Source: an uncultured bacterium
GTDB lineage: Bacteria > Edwardsbacteria > AC1 > EtOH8
Reading direction: 5' to 3'
Assembly (NCBI GenBank): GCA_963780225.1
Contig: CAWAAX010000026.1
Coordinates: forward strand, 187,997 to 251,996
Length of the DNA: 64,000 bases
Part shown: positions 19,804 to 29,351 of the stretch, in pieces
Position numbering within the stretch: position 1 is the first letter of the stretch
How the letters are laid out: each line of letters begins with the position of its first letter
The notes under the pieces: model-generated
What the model saw: only the letters and a program-made list of their open reading frames with translations
What the model was told of the DNA's origin: nothing
The model's database searches: none
Program-made: the position numbers and the translations under genes

Positions 19804-20448
19804 ATGTCAAACAAACATAAAATATTCTGGCAGATTATTTTCCCAGTCCTGGTTTTGCTGGTCTTTTTCGGCTGCGGGCCAAGGCCCCAGGGTACGCCAT
19901 ATTCTGAAGCAATTGAGATCAACCGGGAGCCGGAGCAATACCCGGTAGATGACGTGCCGGAGTTCATCTTCCAGCCTAACCGCAAAAAATACCTGATCAA
20001 ACCCAGGGCCGAATATTATCTGGACGGTGTGGTCCTGGGCAAGGAAAGATATGTTTACGACCGGGGGGCCGACATTGCCCCATACGATCTGGCCATCGCC
20101 TGGAACAAACTGGTGCTGACCAAGCTTTACAAGCAGCTCAAGTGGTCGCAAGAGGGACGGTGGTATCTGTGGCGCTATAACGATGACTTTCCCTTTGACA
20201 ATGTCTTCGTGGCCCGGTATTCCGCCAACAACCACATCATTCCGGCCAACCGCAACCTCCGGGCGGTGCTGGGCCTGGTGCGGGAAGGGCAGAGCATAGG
20301 GCTTTCTGGTTACTTAGTCAACGTCAGCCAGGCCGAGGGCGAGGAATTCACCTGGAACAGCTCGCTCAGCCGGGAGGATGAGGGCGGTGGCTCCTGCGAG
20401 GTGTTCTATGTGACGGAGATCAGGTACAAGGGGATGAGTTATAAATGA
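19804..20448 (+). CDS. Hypothetical lipoprotein
   Basis: Lipobox-like FFGC; SANNHIIPA and GGSCEVFYV motifs. Confidence 0.7.
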   Translation: MSNKHKIFWQIIFPVLVLLVFFGCGPRPQGTPYSEAIEINREPEQYPVDDVPEFIFQPNRKKYLIKPRAEYYLDGVVLGKERYVYDRGADIAPYDLAIAWNKLVLTKLYKQLKWSQEGRWYLWRYNDDFPFDNVFVARYSANNHIIPANRNLRAVLGLVREGQSIGLSGYLVNVSQAEGEEFTWNSSLSREDEGGGSCEVFYVTEIRYKGMSYK

Positions 20449-20458
20449 TGCAGTCCTG

Positions 20459-20499
20459 TAAAAAAGGGGGGAACATTGTCAACAATGTTCCCCCCTTTT
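20459..20499. terminator. Bidirectional terminator between convergent genes
   Basis: AAAAGGGGGGAACATTGT-CA-ACAATGTTCCCCCCTTTT. Confidence 0.85.
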
Positions 20500-20515
20500 G
20501 CGTCAGTAGTTATTA

Positions 20516-21271
20516 TTACTGATAGGAGTCCCCGTAGTATGTAGATGAGCCAGATCCTAAGTTTGTTTTTCTGAGCACAATATTGAAGAAATTTTGGGCA
20601 AAGATATAAGCCGGAGTGGATATATCCACTGAAGCACCTATATACAACTGGCTGTGATTAGACAGCCCGGTTTGCAGGGTTAGGTGGTCCCCGAAATCAT
20701 ATCCGATAAAACCCACTATCGGTTGGTGTTCTGTTCCATAAATTCCGTCAAAGTAATATCCAAACCCTACGGAAAGCCTTTTCCACCAAAAATGCTGCTC
20801 ATACTCAGTGATTTCGTCTTCGATCTTTTTTGCCCGGATCAACATGGAGTCCTTGAAGGGAAATTCGGTGACGGAAAGAATGTTCCGCAGCTTGGCGATC
20901 CTGGTCAGCACATAGTTGTTACGGACTCTTTTTGGGTTATGAAGATTATATTTGAATGACATAAAAATGCCCACACTATCCCTGTGTTCCTTGGGGCCGG
21001 TGGTACTGTGCCAAAGGCCCGGCCCGGCATGAACTTCAAAATATATGCGCTCCCGAGAGCGGTCGTCGATATCTTTTGAAAGGTTCAACACCGAGTTCAG
21101 TATCTCATACTCATTCAGCCTGTCAACGATGCTGTAACTTGAAGAATCGTGCAAGTTGATATTCTTAGTGATTCCCGAGCTTGGGTAATAGACATTTGGA
21201 TAATACCTTTGGGCCGAGGCGCAGGTGCAAAGGAATAGTACAATTGTCAGAGCAAGGCTGATGCGTTTCAT
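20516..21271 (-). CDS. Hypothetical exported protein
   Basis: Signal peptide, GGAGG SD upstream, AT-rich. Confidence 0.65.
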   Translation of the reverse strand: MKRISLALTIVLFLCTCASAQRYYPNVYYPSSGITKNINLHDSSSYSIVDRLNEYEILNSVLNLSKDIDDRSRERIYFEVHAGPGLWHSTTGPKEHRDSVGIFMSFKYNLHNPKRVRNNYVLTRIAKLRNILSVTEFPFKDSMLIRAKKIEDEITEYEQHFWWKRLSVGFGYYFDGIYGTEHQPIVGFIGYDFGDHLTLQTGLSNHSQLYIGASVDISTPAYIFAQNFFNIVLRKTNLGSGSSTYYGDSYQ

Positions 21272-21478
21272 GGAATCCTCCGTTGTTTTATATTGTATCT
21301 AAAACTCAACTTGCGGATCTAACGGGGTATAAATTACCAAGTTCTTAGTCAGAACTATACAATCAAAAGATATGATTTGTCAATATAAATCTTTGTCGCC
21401 TCCATTTTCGTTTTTCCTTGATATCCTGTGTTTTTTGGTGTATGATTATCTGTTCAATACATTATCAGGAATAGAATT

Positions 21479-22288
21479 ATGAGCGAAAAAATCACTACCC
21501 GGACCCTGCTTAAAATGAAGCAAAAGGGCGAGAAGATAGCCAGCCTTACGGCCTATGATTTTCTCACCGCCCGGCTGCTGGATGAGTGCGGGATAGACCT
21601 GATACTGGTGGGCGACTCGGCGGCCATGGTCTTCGCCGGCTACGAGAACACCCTGCCGATCACCATGGAAAACATGCTCTACCACACCGCCGCGGTCAAG
21701 CGCGGGGTCAAGCGGGCCATGGTGGTGGCCGACATGCCGTTCCTTTCCTACCAGACCTCCATCGCCGACGCGGCCTACAACGCCGGCCGGTTCCTCAAGG
21801 AATCGGGGGCCGAGGCGGTCAAGATCGAGGGCGGCCGGGTGGCGGCCCCCATCGTCAAGAACCTGGTGGAACGCGGCATACCGGTGATGGGCCATCTGGG
21901 GCTGACCCCCCAGTCCATCCACAAGTTCGGGGGCTACCAACTGCAGGCCAAGGACAAGGAGTCAGCCGAGCGCCTGCTGGCGGCGGCCAAGGCTTTGGAG
22001 AGCGCCGGCTGTTTTGCCATCGTACTGGAAAAGATCCCGCACCAGGTGGCCCAGAGGGTCAGCCAGGAACTGAGCATCCCCACCATCGGCATCGGGGCCG
22101 GACCGCACTGCGACGGGCAGATCCTGGTGGTGGACGACATGGACGGGAGGTTCGAGGATTTTGTTCCCAAGTTCGTCAGGCAGTATGCCCACATAGCCAA
22201 GGATATGCGCCAAGCCTTTAAGGGGTACATCGGGGATGTTAAGGGGAAGAGTTTTCCGAACATGGAGGAGAGTTTTTCGGAGGAGTGA
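21479..22288 (+). CDS. panB: Ketopantoate hydroxymethyltransferase
   Basis: LTAYD, LVGDS, VADMPF, KIEGG, GHLGLTPQ, TIGIGAG. Confidence 0.97.
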   Translation: MSEKITTRTLLKMKQKGEKIASLTAYDFLTARLLDECGIDLILVGDSAAMVFAGYENTLPITMENMLYHTAAVKRGVKRAMVVADMPFLSYQTSIADAAYNAGRFLKESGAEAVKIEGGRVAAPIVKNLVERGIPVMGHLGLTPQSIHKFGGYQLQAKDKESAERLLAAAKALESAGCFAIVLEKIPHQVAQRVSQELSIPTIGIGAGPHCDGQILVVDDMDGRFEDFVPKFVRQYAHIAKDMRQAFKGYIGDVKGKSFPNMEESFSEE

Positions 22289-22362
22289 TTTCTGCCACAG
22301 AGACACAGAGAACTCAATAACTGTAGTCAGTAGTCACTATACAGTATTCAGTAAAGTTGCGA

Positions 22363-23205
22363 ATGCAAATAGTTAAAACAATAAAACAAATACGGCAGGC
22401 CGTTGCTTTGCAGAAGAAGCGGGGCAAGCGGATCGGCTTTGTGCCGACCATGGGGGCGTTGCACGAAGGGCATCTGTCGCTGATCCGTTTGGCGAATAAA
22501 CATTCGGACTTTGTGGTGGTCTCGATTTTCGTTAACCCCACTCAGTTCGGGCCAAAAGAGGATTACAAGAAATATCCCCGGAACCTGAAGAAGGATGCGG
22601 CGCTCTGCCAGTCCGCCGGGGCTGACCTGATCTTTGCACCTTCTCCCGAGGAGATATATCCCAAAGGCTTTTCCACCTATGTCAACGTCGAGCACCTGAC
22701 CCAAGGGCTGTGCGGGGCCTCGCGGCCCGGGCACTTCCGGGGCGTGGCCACGGTGGTCAGCAAGCTGTTCAACATCGTCCAGCCGGACGCCGCGGTCTTC
22801 GGGCAGAAGGACGCCCAGCAGCTGGCGGTGATCAGGCAGATGACCAAGGACCTGGACCTGCCGGTGAAGATCATCGGGGCGCCGATAGTGCGGGAAGCGG
22901 ACGGCCTGGCCATGAGCTCGCGCAATGCGTATCTGACCCCGGAGGAACGCAAGCAGGCCGTGGCTCTGAGCAGGGCGCTAAAGCTGGCGGAGCTAAAAGT
23001 TAGAAACGGGGTAAAGGATGTAAAGGTGATAAAGGTAGAAATTGTCAAGTTGCTGAAGCACGATGCGCCGCTGGGGAAGATAGATTATATTGAAATAGTG
23101 GACAATGGAACCTTGGAACCAGTGAAAAGAATTCGGGAAAATACCCTGATAGCTTTGGCGGTGAAATTTCCCAGTGCCAGGCTGATCGACAATATTGTCG
23201 TGTAG
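22363..23205 (+). CDS. panC: Pantoate--beta-alanine ligase
   Basis: VPTMGALHEGH, RPGHFRGV, FGQKD, GLAMSSRN, RLIDN. Confidence 0.97.
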   Translation: MQIVKTIKQIRQAVALQKKRGKRIGFVPTMGALHEGHLSLIRLANKHSDFVVVSIFVNPTQFGPKEDYKKYPRNLKKDAALCQSAGADLIFAPSPEEIYPKGFSTYVNVEHLTQGLCGASRPGHFRGVATVVSKLFNIVQPDAAVFGQKDAQQLAVIRQMTKDLDLPVKIIGAPIVREADGLAMSSRNAYLTPEERKQAVALSRALKLAELKVRNGVKDVKVIKVEIVKLLKHDAPLGKIDYIEIVDNGTLEPVKRIRENTLIALAVKFPSARLIDNIVV

Positions 23206-23243
23206 ATTCATACAGATTCCATAAGATTCAAACGGATGGGAAT

Positions 23244-23639
23244 ATGGATAAGGACGAAAAGCTGATACATTCCGATCTCACCTATAAAATAATTGGGTTG
23301 TTCTTTAAAGTGCATACCCAATTGGGGTGTGGTTTTCCGGAAAGAATATATCAAAGGGCATTGGAACTTGAATTCCAAAATGAAGGCATTGAGTATAAAA
23401 CAGAGAAAGAAATCAAAGTAATTTATAACAAGAAAATCGTCGGTTCTTTCAGGTTGGATTTGGTGATTGAAGAAAAAGTGATAATTGAAATCAAGGCTTT
23501 AGAGTATCTCCCCAAAGTAGCCAAGGAACAGCTAGTCTCTTATTTAAAGGCGACCCCATATGAAGTGGGTTTGCTATCCAACTTTGGCACACCCAAGCTG
23601 GAATATATTAGAATGGCTCGAAAGAACCCATCCGTCTGA
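23244..23639 (+). CDS. GxxExxY family PD-(D/E)xK-fold protein
   Basis: LGCGFPERIYQRAL, RLDLVIEEKVIIEIKA, QLVSYL, GLLSNFG. Confidence 0.9.
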   Translation: MDKDEKLIHSDLTYKIIGLFFKVHTQLGCGFPERIYQRALELEFQNEGIEYKTEKEIKVIYNKKIVGSFRLDLVIEEKVIIEIKALEYLPKVAKEQLVSYLKATPYEVGLLSNFGTPKLEYIRMARKNPSV

Positions 23640-23677
23640 ATCCGTAATATTCGTTTGAATCAAAGAGAAAGGCACCC

Positions 23678-24040
23678 ATGTTCCGTATCCTATGCAAATC
23701 CAAGATCCACCGCGCCACCCTAACCGGGGCCAACCTGCACTACTCCGGCTCCATCGCCGTCGACGAGACCCTGATGGAAGCCGCCGACATCCTGCCCAAC
23801 GAGATCGTGCAGGTGGTGAACATCAACAACGGGAACCGCTTTGAGACCTACGTCATCAAGGCCCCCAAGAGGTCGGGCACCATCACCCTGAACGGGGCGG
23901 CGGCGCGGTTGGGCCTGGCCGGCGACAAGATCATCATCATCTCCTCCTGCTACAAGGAGGACGCCGAGGCCAGAAAGCACCAGCCCAAGATTGTCTGCGT
24001 GGACGACAAGAACCGCATCGCCAAGAAGACCAAGCTATGA
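23678..24040 (+). CDS. panD: Aspartate 1-decarboxylase
   Basis: KSKIHRAT, YSGSI self-cleavage site, RFETY, NGAAAR. Confidence 0.97.
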   Translation: MFRILCKSKIHRATLTGANLHYSGSIAVDETLMEAADILPNEIVQVVNINNGNRFETYVIKAPKRSGTITLNGAAARLGLAGDKIIIISSCYKEDAEARKHQPKIVCVDDKNRIAKKTKL

Positions 24041-24780
24041 CCAGGGACTGCATCTGCCTGATACTGGCGGCGGGGCATGGAACCAGGATGAAGTCCGGCC
24101 TGGCCAAGGTCCTGCATCCTTTATGCGGGAAGCCGCTGGTGGAGCACGTGGTCCGCTCGGCCCAAACGGCCGGGGTGGCCCGGACCGTGGTCATCGTCGG
24201 CCACCAGGCCGAACAGGTCAAAGAATCACTAAAGGGCCTGGAGGTCGAGTTCGTGCTTCAGTCCCCGCAGAAGGGCACCGGCCACGCGGTGATGCAGGCC
24301 CTGCCGATCATAGAAAAATTCGCCGGCGAACTGTTGGTGCTTTACGGCGACGTGCCGCTGATCAAGCCGGGGACCATCGTCGCACTGTTGGAGAAGCATC
24401 GGGCCGAGCGCAACGCCTGCACCATGCTAACCACGATCATAGACCAGCCGGGGGGCTACGGCCGGATCATCCGGGACGCTGATGGCTCTGTAGCAAAGAT
24501 CGTCGAAGCCAAAGATGCTTCTTCCGCGGAACTGGCGGTCAAGGAGATCAACCCGGCCATCTGCGCCTTCGAGAACCAGAGACTGGTGGAAGCGCTGGGG
24601 CTCTTACAACCCAACAACAAGCAGGGCGAATATTACCTGACCGACGTGATCGGGATATTCAAACAGCAGGGACAGAAGATCGCGGCCCAGATCGTCGAAG
24701 ACAGCCGGGAAGTGCTGGGGATCAACACCCCGGAGGAATTGGCTGAGTGCGAGAAATACCTGCAAAGAAATTCTGTTTGA
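24037..24780 (+). CDS. GlmU-like nucleotidyltransferase, N-terminal domain only
   Basis: [33 protein letters not shown]; no left-handed beta-helix. Confidence 0.85.
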   Translation: MTRDCICLILAAGHGTRMKSGLAKVLHPLCGKPLVEHVVRSAQTAGVARTVVIVGHQAEQVKESLKGLEVEFVLQSPQKGTGHAVMQALPIIEKFAGELLVLYGDVPLIKPGTIVALLEKHRAERNACTMLTTIIDQPGGYGRIIRDADGSVAKIVEAKDASSAELAVKEINPAICAFENQRLVEALGLLQPNNKQGEYYLTDVIGIFKQQGQKIAAQIVEDSREVLGINTPEELAECEKYLQRNSV

Positions 24781-24787
24781 CGGGACC

Positions 24788-25426
24788 ATGCACATTCACA
24801 TTGACACGGGTAAGCTGCTCGGTTTCTTGATGCCGGTAATTTTACTGATCCTGACGGGGATATTTGTATTCAATAAACTTTGCGACGGCAGCATCTGGTA
24901 CGATCATGGAAATCTAAGTCCCCGCATGGCAGTGGCGCTGGCCCAGGATGAAGAAGGCCGGGCCTCTTTCGAACCCGAGGATATAACCAAAGGAAAAGGG
25001 CGGGTAGTGCAACACGGCCGCCGGATAACCCTGCTGGTGGAAGTGCTGGACAACGATGGCAACACCACCAGCTCCGGCCAAATGAGTTTTATTTATCCGC
25101 CCATCGACACCGACAGACACCAGGGTGTTCCCTGTCAGGTTCAGTCAGGAAAGGTCCCCGAATATTTCTTCACCTGCATTGCGGGAATGAAGGCCGGGGG
25201 CGTCCGCAGGATCATTCTGCCCAGCACCAGCAGGGATCCAGACTCCGAGCCCCGGCGCTTCATTGACGGCGCGACCGGACAGATTGTGGCAGAGCTGCCC
25301 CAGGACCAAGAGGTGCCGTTGAGGATCACCATTCTCAAGGTCTGCCGTCCGGTCATAAAATTAGTGACCACCTATTCTGTTCCAGCCATGCGAGAGAAAC
25401 GGATAATGGAACTTTGGTGTTGGTGA
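24788..25426 (+). CDS. Membrane-anchored protein with divergent FKBP-like domain
   Basis: N-terminal TM; EDITKGKG..VQHG and IAGMKAGGVRRIILP resemble FKBP motifs. Confidence 0.5.
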   Translation: MHIHIDTGKLLGFLMPVILLILTGIFVFNKLCDGSIWYDHGNLSPRMAVALAQDEEGRASFEPEDITKGKGRVVQHGRRITLLVEVLDNDGNTTSSGQMSFIYPPIDTDRHQGVPCQVQSGKVPEYFFTCIAGMKAGGVRRIILPSTSRDPDSEPRRFIDGATGQIVAELPQDQEVPLRITILKVCRPVIKLVTTYSVPAMREKRIMELWCW

Positions 25427-25477
25427 TCAGCACTGTGTTACAGAAACCAAAAAACAAACATCAAAATCGGTAAAATC

Positions 25478-25945
25478 ATGTCCCCTGTTGATCTAAAAAA
25501 ACGCCCGGCCGGGAAGGGCCGGAAAAAACTGATGTTCACCGCGGTCCTGCTGCTGGTGGTGGTCTGCGGGGCCGTGGGCCTTTCCCTCTACTGGCGCTGG
25601 AAGGAGAACCACGAGATCGAGAAGAAGCGGCGCATCGCCCAGATAAGGGTGCAGGTGCTGAACGGCACCAGGGAGGCCGGACTGGCCCAGAAGATGGCCG
25701 ACGAACTGCGCCGCTGGGGCTTTGACGTGGTGGACATCGCCAACGCCGAGAACGACAGTTTTCCCGAGACGGTTGTGGTGGACCGGGCCGACAACAGCAC
25801 CGGCAACGCCGCTTACGTGGCCGAGGCCTTAAAATGCAAAAACATAATCCCGCAATTAGAATCAAGATCATATTTGGAGGTAACAGTAATAATTGGCAAA
25901 GACTACATCCGTCCCCAAAAGAAAGGTCTCCTCGGCCGGTTCTAA
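25478..25945 (+). CDS. LytR C-terminal domain protein
   Basis: TM, then VQVLNGT..GLA, and VTVIIGKDY. Confidence 0.85.
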   Translation: MSPVDLKKRPAGKGRKKLMFTAVLLLVVVCGAVGLSLYWRWKENHEIEKKRRIAQIRVQVLNGTREAGLAQKMADELRRWGFDVVDIANAENDSFPETVVVDRADNSTGNAAYVAEALKCKNIIPQLESRSYLEVTVIIGKDYIRPQKKGLLGRF

Positions 25946-26465
25946 AGCCTTGAGGAGGCCCAAAAAAGTATCCCTGGCCCGGAGAAAGGCCGCCGTCCGG
26001 AAACCGGCGGTCAAGAAAACCGTTCCGGTCAGAAAACTGGTGATCAAGAAAACAGCGCCGGTCCAGAAGAAAACGGTCCGGCCACAACCCACACCTCGAC
26101 GCGGCTCGGTGCAAGCGCCGGACCAGGTGAAAGTCCTGGCCCACGAGATCTCCCAGCTGGCCCTAAGCAAAAAAGCCTTCGACGTCAGCGTGCTGGAGAT
26201 CAAGGACCTGTCGTCCGTGGCCGATTACTTTGTGCTGGCCTCCGGGGCCACCGACATTCAGGTCCGGGCCATCTGCCACGCCATCGAGGACGGCTTAAGG
26301 GCCAAGGGCGTAAAGCCGCACCACGTGGAGGGAATGGCCGGGGCCACCTGGGTGCTGCTGGATTACGTGGACGTGGTGGTGCACATCATGCAGCCCCGGG
26401 CCCGCGATTACTATGCGCTGGAAGAACTGTGGGCCGACGCCCCCAAGGAGGAGGTAAAGGACTGA
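25893..26465 (+). CDS. rsfS: Ribosome silencing factor with basic N-terminal extension; start uncertain
   Basis: ADYFVLASG, WVLLDYVDVVVH, RDYYALEELW. Confidence 0.88.
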   Translation: MAKTTSVPKRKVSSAGSKALRRPKKVSLARRKAAVRKPAVKKTVPVRKLVIKKTAPVQKKTVRPQPTPRRGSVQAPDQVKVLAHEISQLALSKKAFDVSVLEIKDLSSVADYFVLASGATDIQVRAICHAIEDGLRAKGVKPHHVEGMAGATWVLLDYVDVVVHIMQPRARDYYALEELWADAPKEEVKD

Positions 26466-26466
26466 G

Positions 26467-26504
26467 GACCTAACCCCCATCCCCTTCCCCGCCAGGGAAG
26501 GGGC
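26467..26504 (+). repeat. REP-like hairpin repeat, solo copy
   Basis: GACCTAACCCCCATCCCCTTCCC-CGCCA-GGGAAGGGGC. Confidence 0.8.
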
Positions 26505-26528
26505 GTAGGATTTAGGCTGCGCCACATT

Positions 26529-28163
26529 ATGATCAAACAATACCTGCAGGAACAAATAATCCAGGCCGTTCAAAAAGCCGCCGGCACCAGGCTGGAAGAA
26601 CAGGCCGTTGTGCTGGAGCGCCCCAAGCAGGCCGCCCATGGCGACTGGGCCACCAGCATCGCCCTGTCGCTGGCCAAGGAGCTGAAGGCCAAGCCGCGGG
26701 AAATCGCCCAGAAGATAGTTGATTCCCTGTCTCTGGACCCCGCACTGGTGGCCAAGACCGAGATCGCCGGGCCGGGGTTCATCAATTTTACCCTGACCTC
26801 TGACTGGCTTTACCAGGAACTGGCCGGGCTGTTGTCCCACGGTTCCAAATACGGCCGATCCCAAATCGGGAATGGCAAGAAGGCCCAGGTGGAATTCGTC
26901 TCAGCCAACCCCACCGGCCCGCTGAACATCGGCCACGGCCGCAATGCCGCCATCGGCGACTCGCTGGCCCGGCTGCTGGAAGCCACCGGGTATCAGGTGA
27001 CCCGCGAATATTATTTCAACGACAGCGGGCTTCAGATGAAGAAGCTGGCCCAGTCGGTCTTCCTGCGCTACCAGCAGGCGCTGGGCAAGGAGATCGTGTT
27101 CCCCGAGGACATTTACCAGGGCGAATACATCAGGGATATCGCCGAGAACTGCCGCAAGGCAAAGGGCGATTCGCTGACCGAGGCCGATCTGGAATACTTC
27201 AAGCAGAGCGCGGTGGCGGTGATCTTTGAAGAGATCAAGGCCACGATGGCCCGGATGGGGATAGTCTTCGATGTATTCTACAACGAAAGCGACCTTTACC
27301 AGAGAGGCGAGATCGAAAGCACCCTGCAGACACTCAAAGACAAGGGACTGACCTACGAGAACGAGGGCGCGGTCTGGTTCAAGGCCACCCAGTTCGGGGC
27401 CGAGAAGGACCGGGTGCTGGTGCGCTCCACCGGCGAGCCCACCTACCGGCTGCCGGACATCGCCTACCATCTTACAAAATTCAAGCGGGGCTTCGATCTG
27501 GTGATAGACGTTTTTGGCAGCGATCACCAGGCCACCTACCCCGACGTGCTGGCCGCGTTGGGCGCGCTGGGCTTCGATCCTTCGCGGATCGATGTCCGGA
27601 TATACCAGTTTGTCACTTTGATGCGGGGCGGCGAGCAGGTGAAGATGTCCACCCGCAAGGCCACCTACGTCACCCTGGACGAGCTGTTCGACGAGGTGGG
27701 CGCGGACGCGGCCCGCTATTTTTTCCTGATGCGGCGGATGGAATCGCACCTGGACTTTGACCTGGACCTGGCCAAGAAGAAATCCGACGAGAACCCGGTC
27801 TTCTATGTGCAGTACGCCCACGCCCGGATCTGCTCGATACTGGAACACGCCAAGGAAAAGGGCGTGGTGCGGGCCGCCGGGGACCTGTTGCTTTTGAAGG
27901 AACCGGAGGAGATAAAGCTGATCAAATCCCTGCTGGAATTCCCGGAACTGGTGCAGGGCGCAGCCCTGTCGCGGGAGCCGCACCGCATACCGACTTACCT
28001 GCAGGAGCTGTCCGGGATCTTCCATAACTTTTACCACCAGCACCGGGTGGTCACCGAGGACCAGGCGCTGTCCAACGCCCGGCTGGACCTGTGCCAGGCT
28101 ACCCGCACCGTGATCGCGAACGGGCTGGGGCTTTTGGGGGTTAGCGCCCCGGAGAAGATGTGA
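26529..28163 (+). CDS. argS: Arginine--tRNA ligase
   Basis: EFVSANPTGPLNIGHGR, KMSTRKA, NPVFYVQYAHAR. Confidence 0.97.
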   Translation: MIKQYLQEQIIQAVQKAAGTRLEEQAVVLERPKQAAHGDWATSIALSLAKELKAKPREIAQKIVDSLSLDPALVAKTEIAGPGFINFTLTSDWLYQELAGLLSHGSKYGRSQIGNGKKAQVEFVSANPTGPLNIGHGRNAAIGDSLARLLEATGYQVTREYYFNDSGLQMKKLAQSVFLRYQQALGKEIVFPEDIYQGEYIRDIAENCRKAKGDSLTEADLEYFKQSAVAVIFEEIKATMARMGIVFDVFYNESDLYQRGEIESTLQTLKDKGLTYENEGAVWFKATQFGAEKDRVLVRSTGEPTYRLPDIAYHLTKFKRGFDLVIDVFGSDHQATYPDVLAALGALGFDPSRIDVRIYQFVTLMRGGEQVKMSTRKATYVTLDELFDEVGADAARYFFLMRRMESHLDFDLDLAKKKSDENPVFYVQYAHARICSILEHAKEKGVVRAAGDLLLLKEPEEIKLIKSLLEFPELVQGAALSREPHRIPTYLQELSGIFHNFYHQHRVVTEDQALSNARLDLCQATRTVIANGLGLLGVSAPEKM

Positions 28164-28166
28164 CCT

Positions 28167-28653
28167 GTTTCGACCTCACCCCTGCCCCTCTCCAAAAGCA
28201 TTTGGAGAGGGAGGAGGTAACCAGTAAAACTGTATGACAAGTTTAAAGAACATTGGTGTCAGTACTGGCCGCCGGATCAAGAATGAAAAGCTTGAGATGG
28301 CAAAGCTAATGCGGAGGGAGATGACCTATGCCGAGCGGTGTTTTTGGAACGGGGTCAGGGGCCGGAAACTCCATGGCTTGAAATTCCGCCGCCAGCAGAT
28401 CATTGACGGGTTTATAGCAGATTTCTATTGTAATGAGTTAAGGCTGATAGTTGAGATAGACGGCGGGGTTCACGAGACCCAGAAGGATTATGATAAACTG
28501 CGCGACAGGATAATCAGCCGGAATGAAATTAAAGTGATCCGGTTTTCCAACGAGTTGGTCGTAGACCAGTTTGATACGGTGGTCAAACGTATTGGTGAAC
28601 TGCGGCCTCCCTCGCCAGGTTTACCTGGAGAGGGGCAGGGGTGAGGTCGAAAC
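28167..28653. mobile_element. Putative inverted-repeat-bounded cassette carrying a DUF559 nuclease gene
   Basis: Perfect 28-bp IRs at 28167-28194 and 28626-28653, extendable to 48 bp; each end forms a hairpin. Confidence 0.6.
28234..28644 (+). CDS. DUF559 (Vsr-like) endonuclease-domain protein
   Basis: MTYAER.FW, KFRRQQII..FIADFYC, IVEIDGGVH, D..RD, VIRFSN. Confidence 0.9.
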   Translation: MTSLKNIGVSTGRRIKNEKLEMAKLMRREMTYAERCFWNGVRGRKLHGLKFRRQQIIDGFIADFYCNELRLIVEIDGGVHETQKDYDKLRDRIISRNEIKVIRFSNELVVDQFDTVVKRIGELRPPSPGLPGEGQG

Positions 28654-28654
28654 C

Positions 28655-29329
28655 ATGAGCTTAAAAACCAATTACATAGGCCACGACGCCCGGTACAAAA
28701 GACGCAAAGCCGAGGGCAAGACCGGCTGGAACGACGAAAAGGACTGGAGCGAATGGCGGACGGAAATACTTGCCCTGATCGCTTCGGATGGCTTTCCGAA
28801 GTCGGGCAAAGTGCTGGAGTTGGGCTGCGGGGCCGGAGACGTGTCCCTGCTGTTTGCGGAAAGGGGTTATCAGGTCACCGGTATTGACATTGCACCGAGC
28901 GCCATAGAGTGGGCCAGGGAGAAGAGCCTAAAAGCGAATATAAAGGCAGAATTTATCGAAGGCGACGTTCGGAACTTGAGAAGATGGGAAGATGGGGTCT
29001 TTGATATTGTGGTCGACGGACATTGCCTGCATTGCATCATAGGTGACGACCGGACTGAAATGCTTAAAGAAGCATACCGGGTCTTAAGGCCCGGCGGGTT
29101 ATTTTATGTCAGCAGCATGTGCGGAGATCCGAAGGAACCGGAAGTCTTGAGCATGTACGATCCCGAGTCGCGGTGTACAATACACGGAGGCGTGGCGGGA
29201 AGGTATTTCGGCCGGGCGGAGGATATAATCAAAGAGATAGAGAAAGCGGGGTTCAAGGTCAAACGGCACGAAGTGCGGGAGAATAACGAATTGCAAGATG
29301 ATTTGATCGTATTAGCTAATAAATTATAG
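28655..29329 (+). CDS. Class I SAM-dependent methyltransferase
   Basis: VLELGCGAG, GIDIA, RVLRPGG; ATG 28655. Confidence 0.88.
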   Translation: MSLKTNYIGHDARYKRRKAEGKTGWNDEKDWSEWRTEILALIASDGFPKSGKVLELGCGAGDVSLLFAERGYQVTGIDIAPSAIEWAREKSLKANIKAEFIEGDVRNLRRWEDGVFDIVVDGHCLHCIIGDDRTEMLKEAYRVLRPGGLFYVSSMCGDPKEPEVLSMYDPESRCTIHGGVAGRYFGRAEDIIKEIEKAGFKVKRHEVRENNELQDDLIVLANKL

Positions 29330-29351
29330 AATTCAAATGAGAGGTGTTTAG

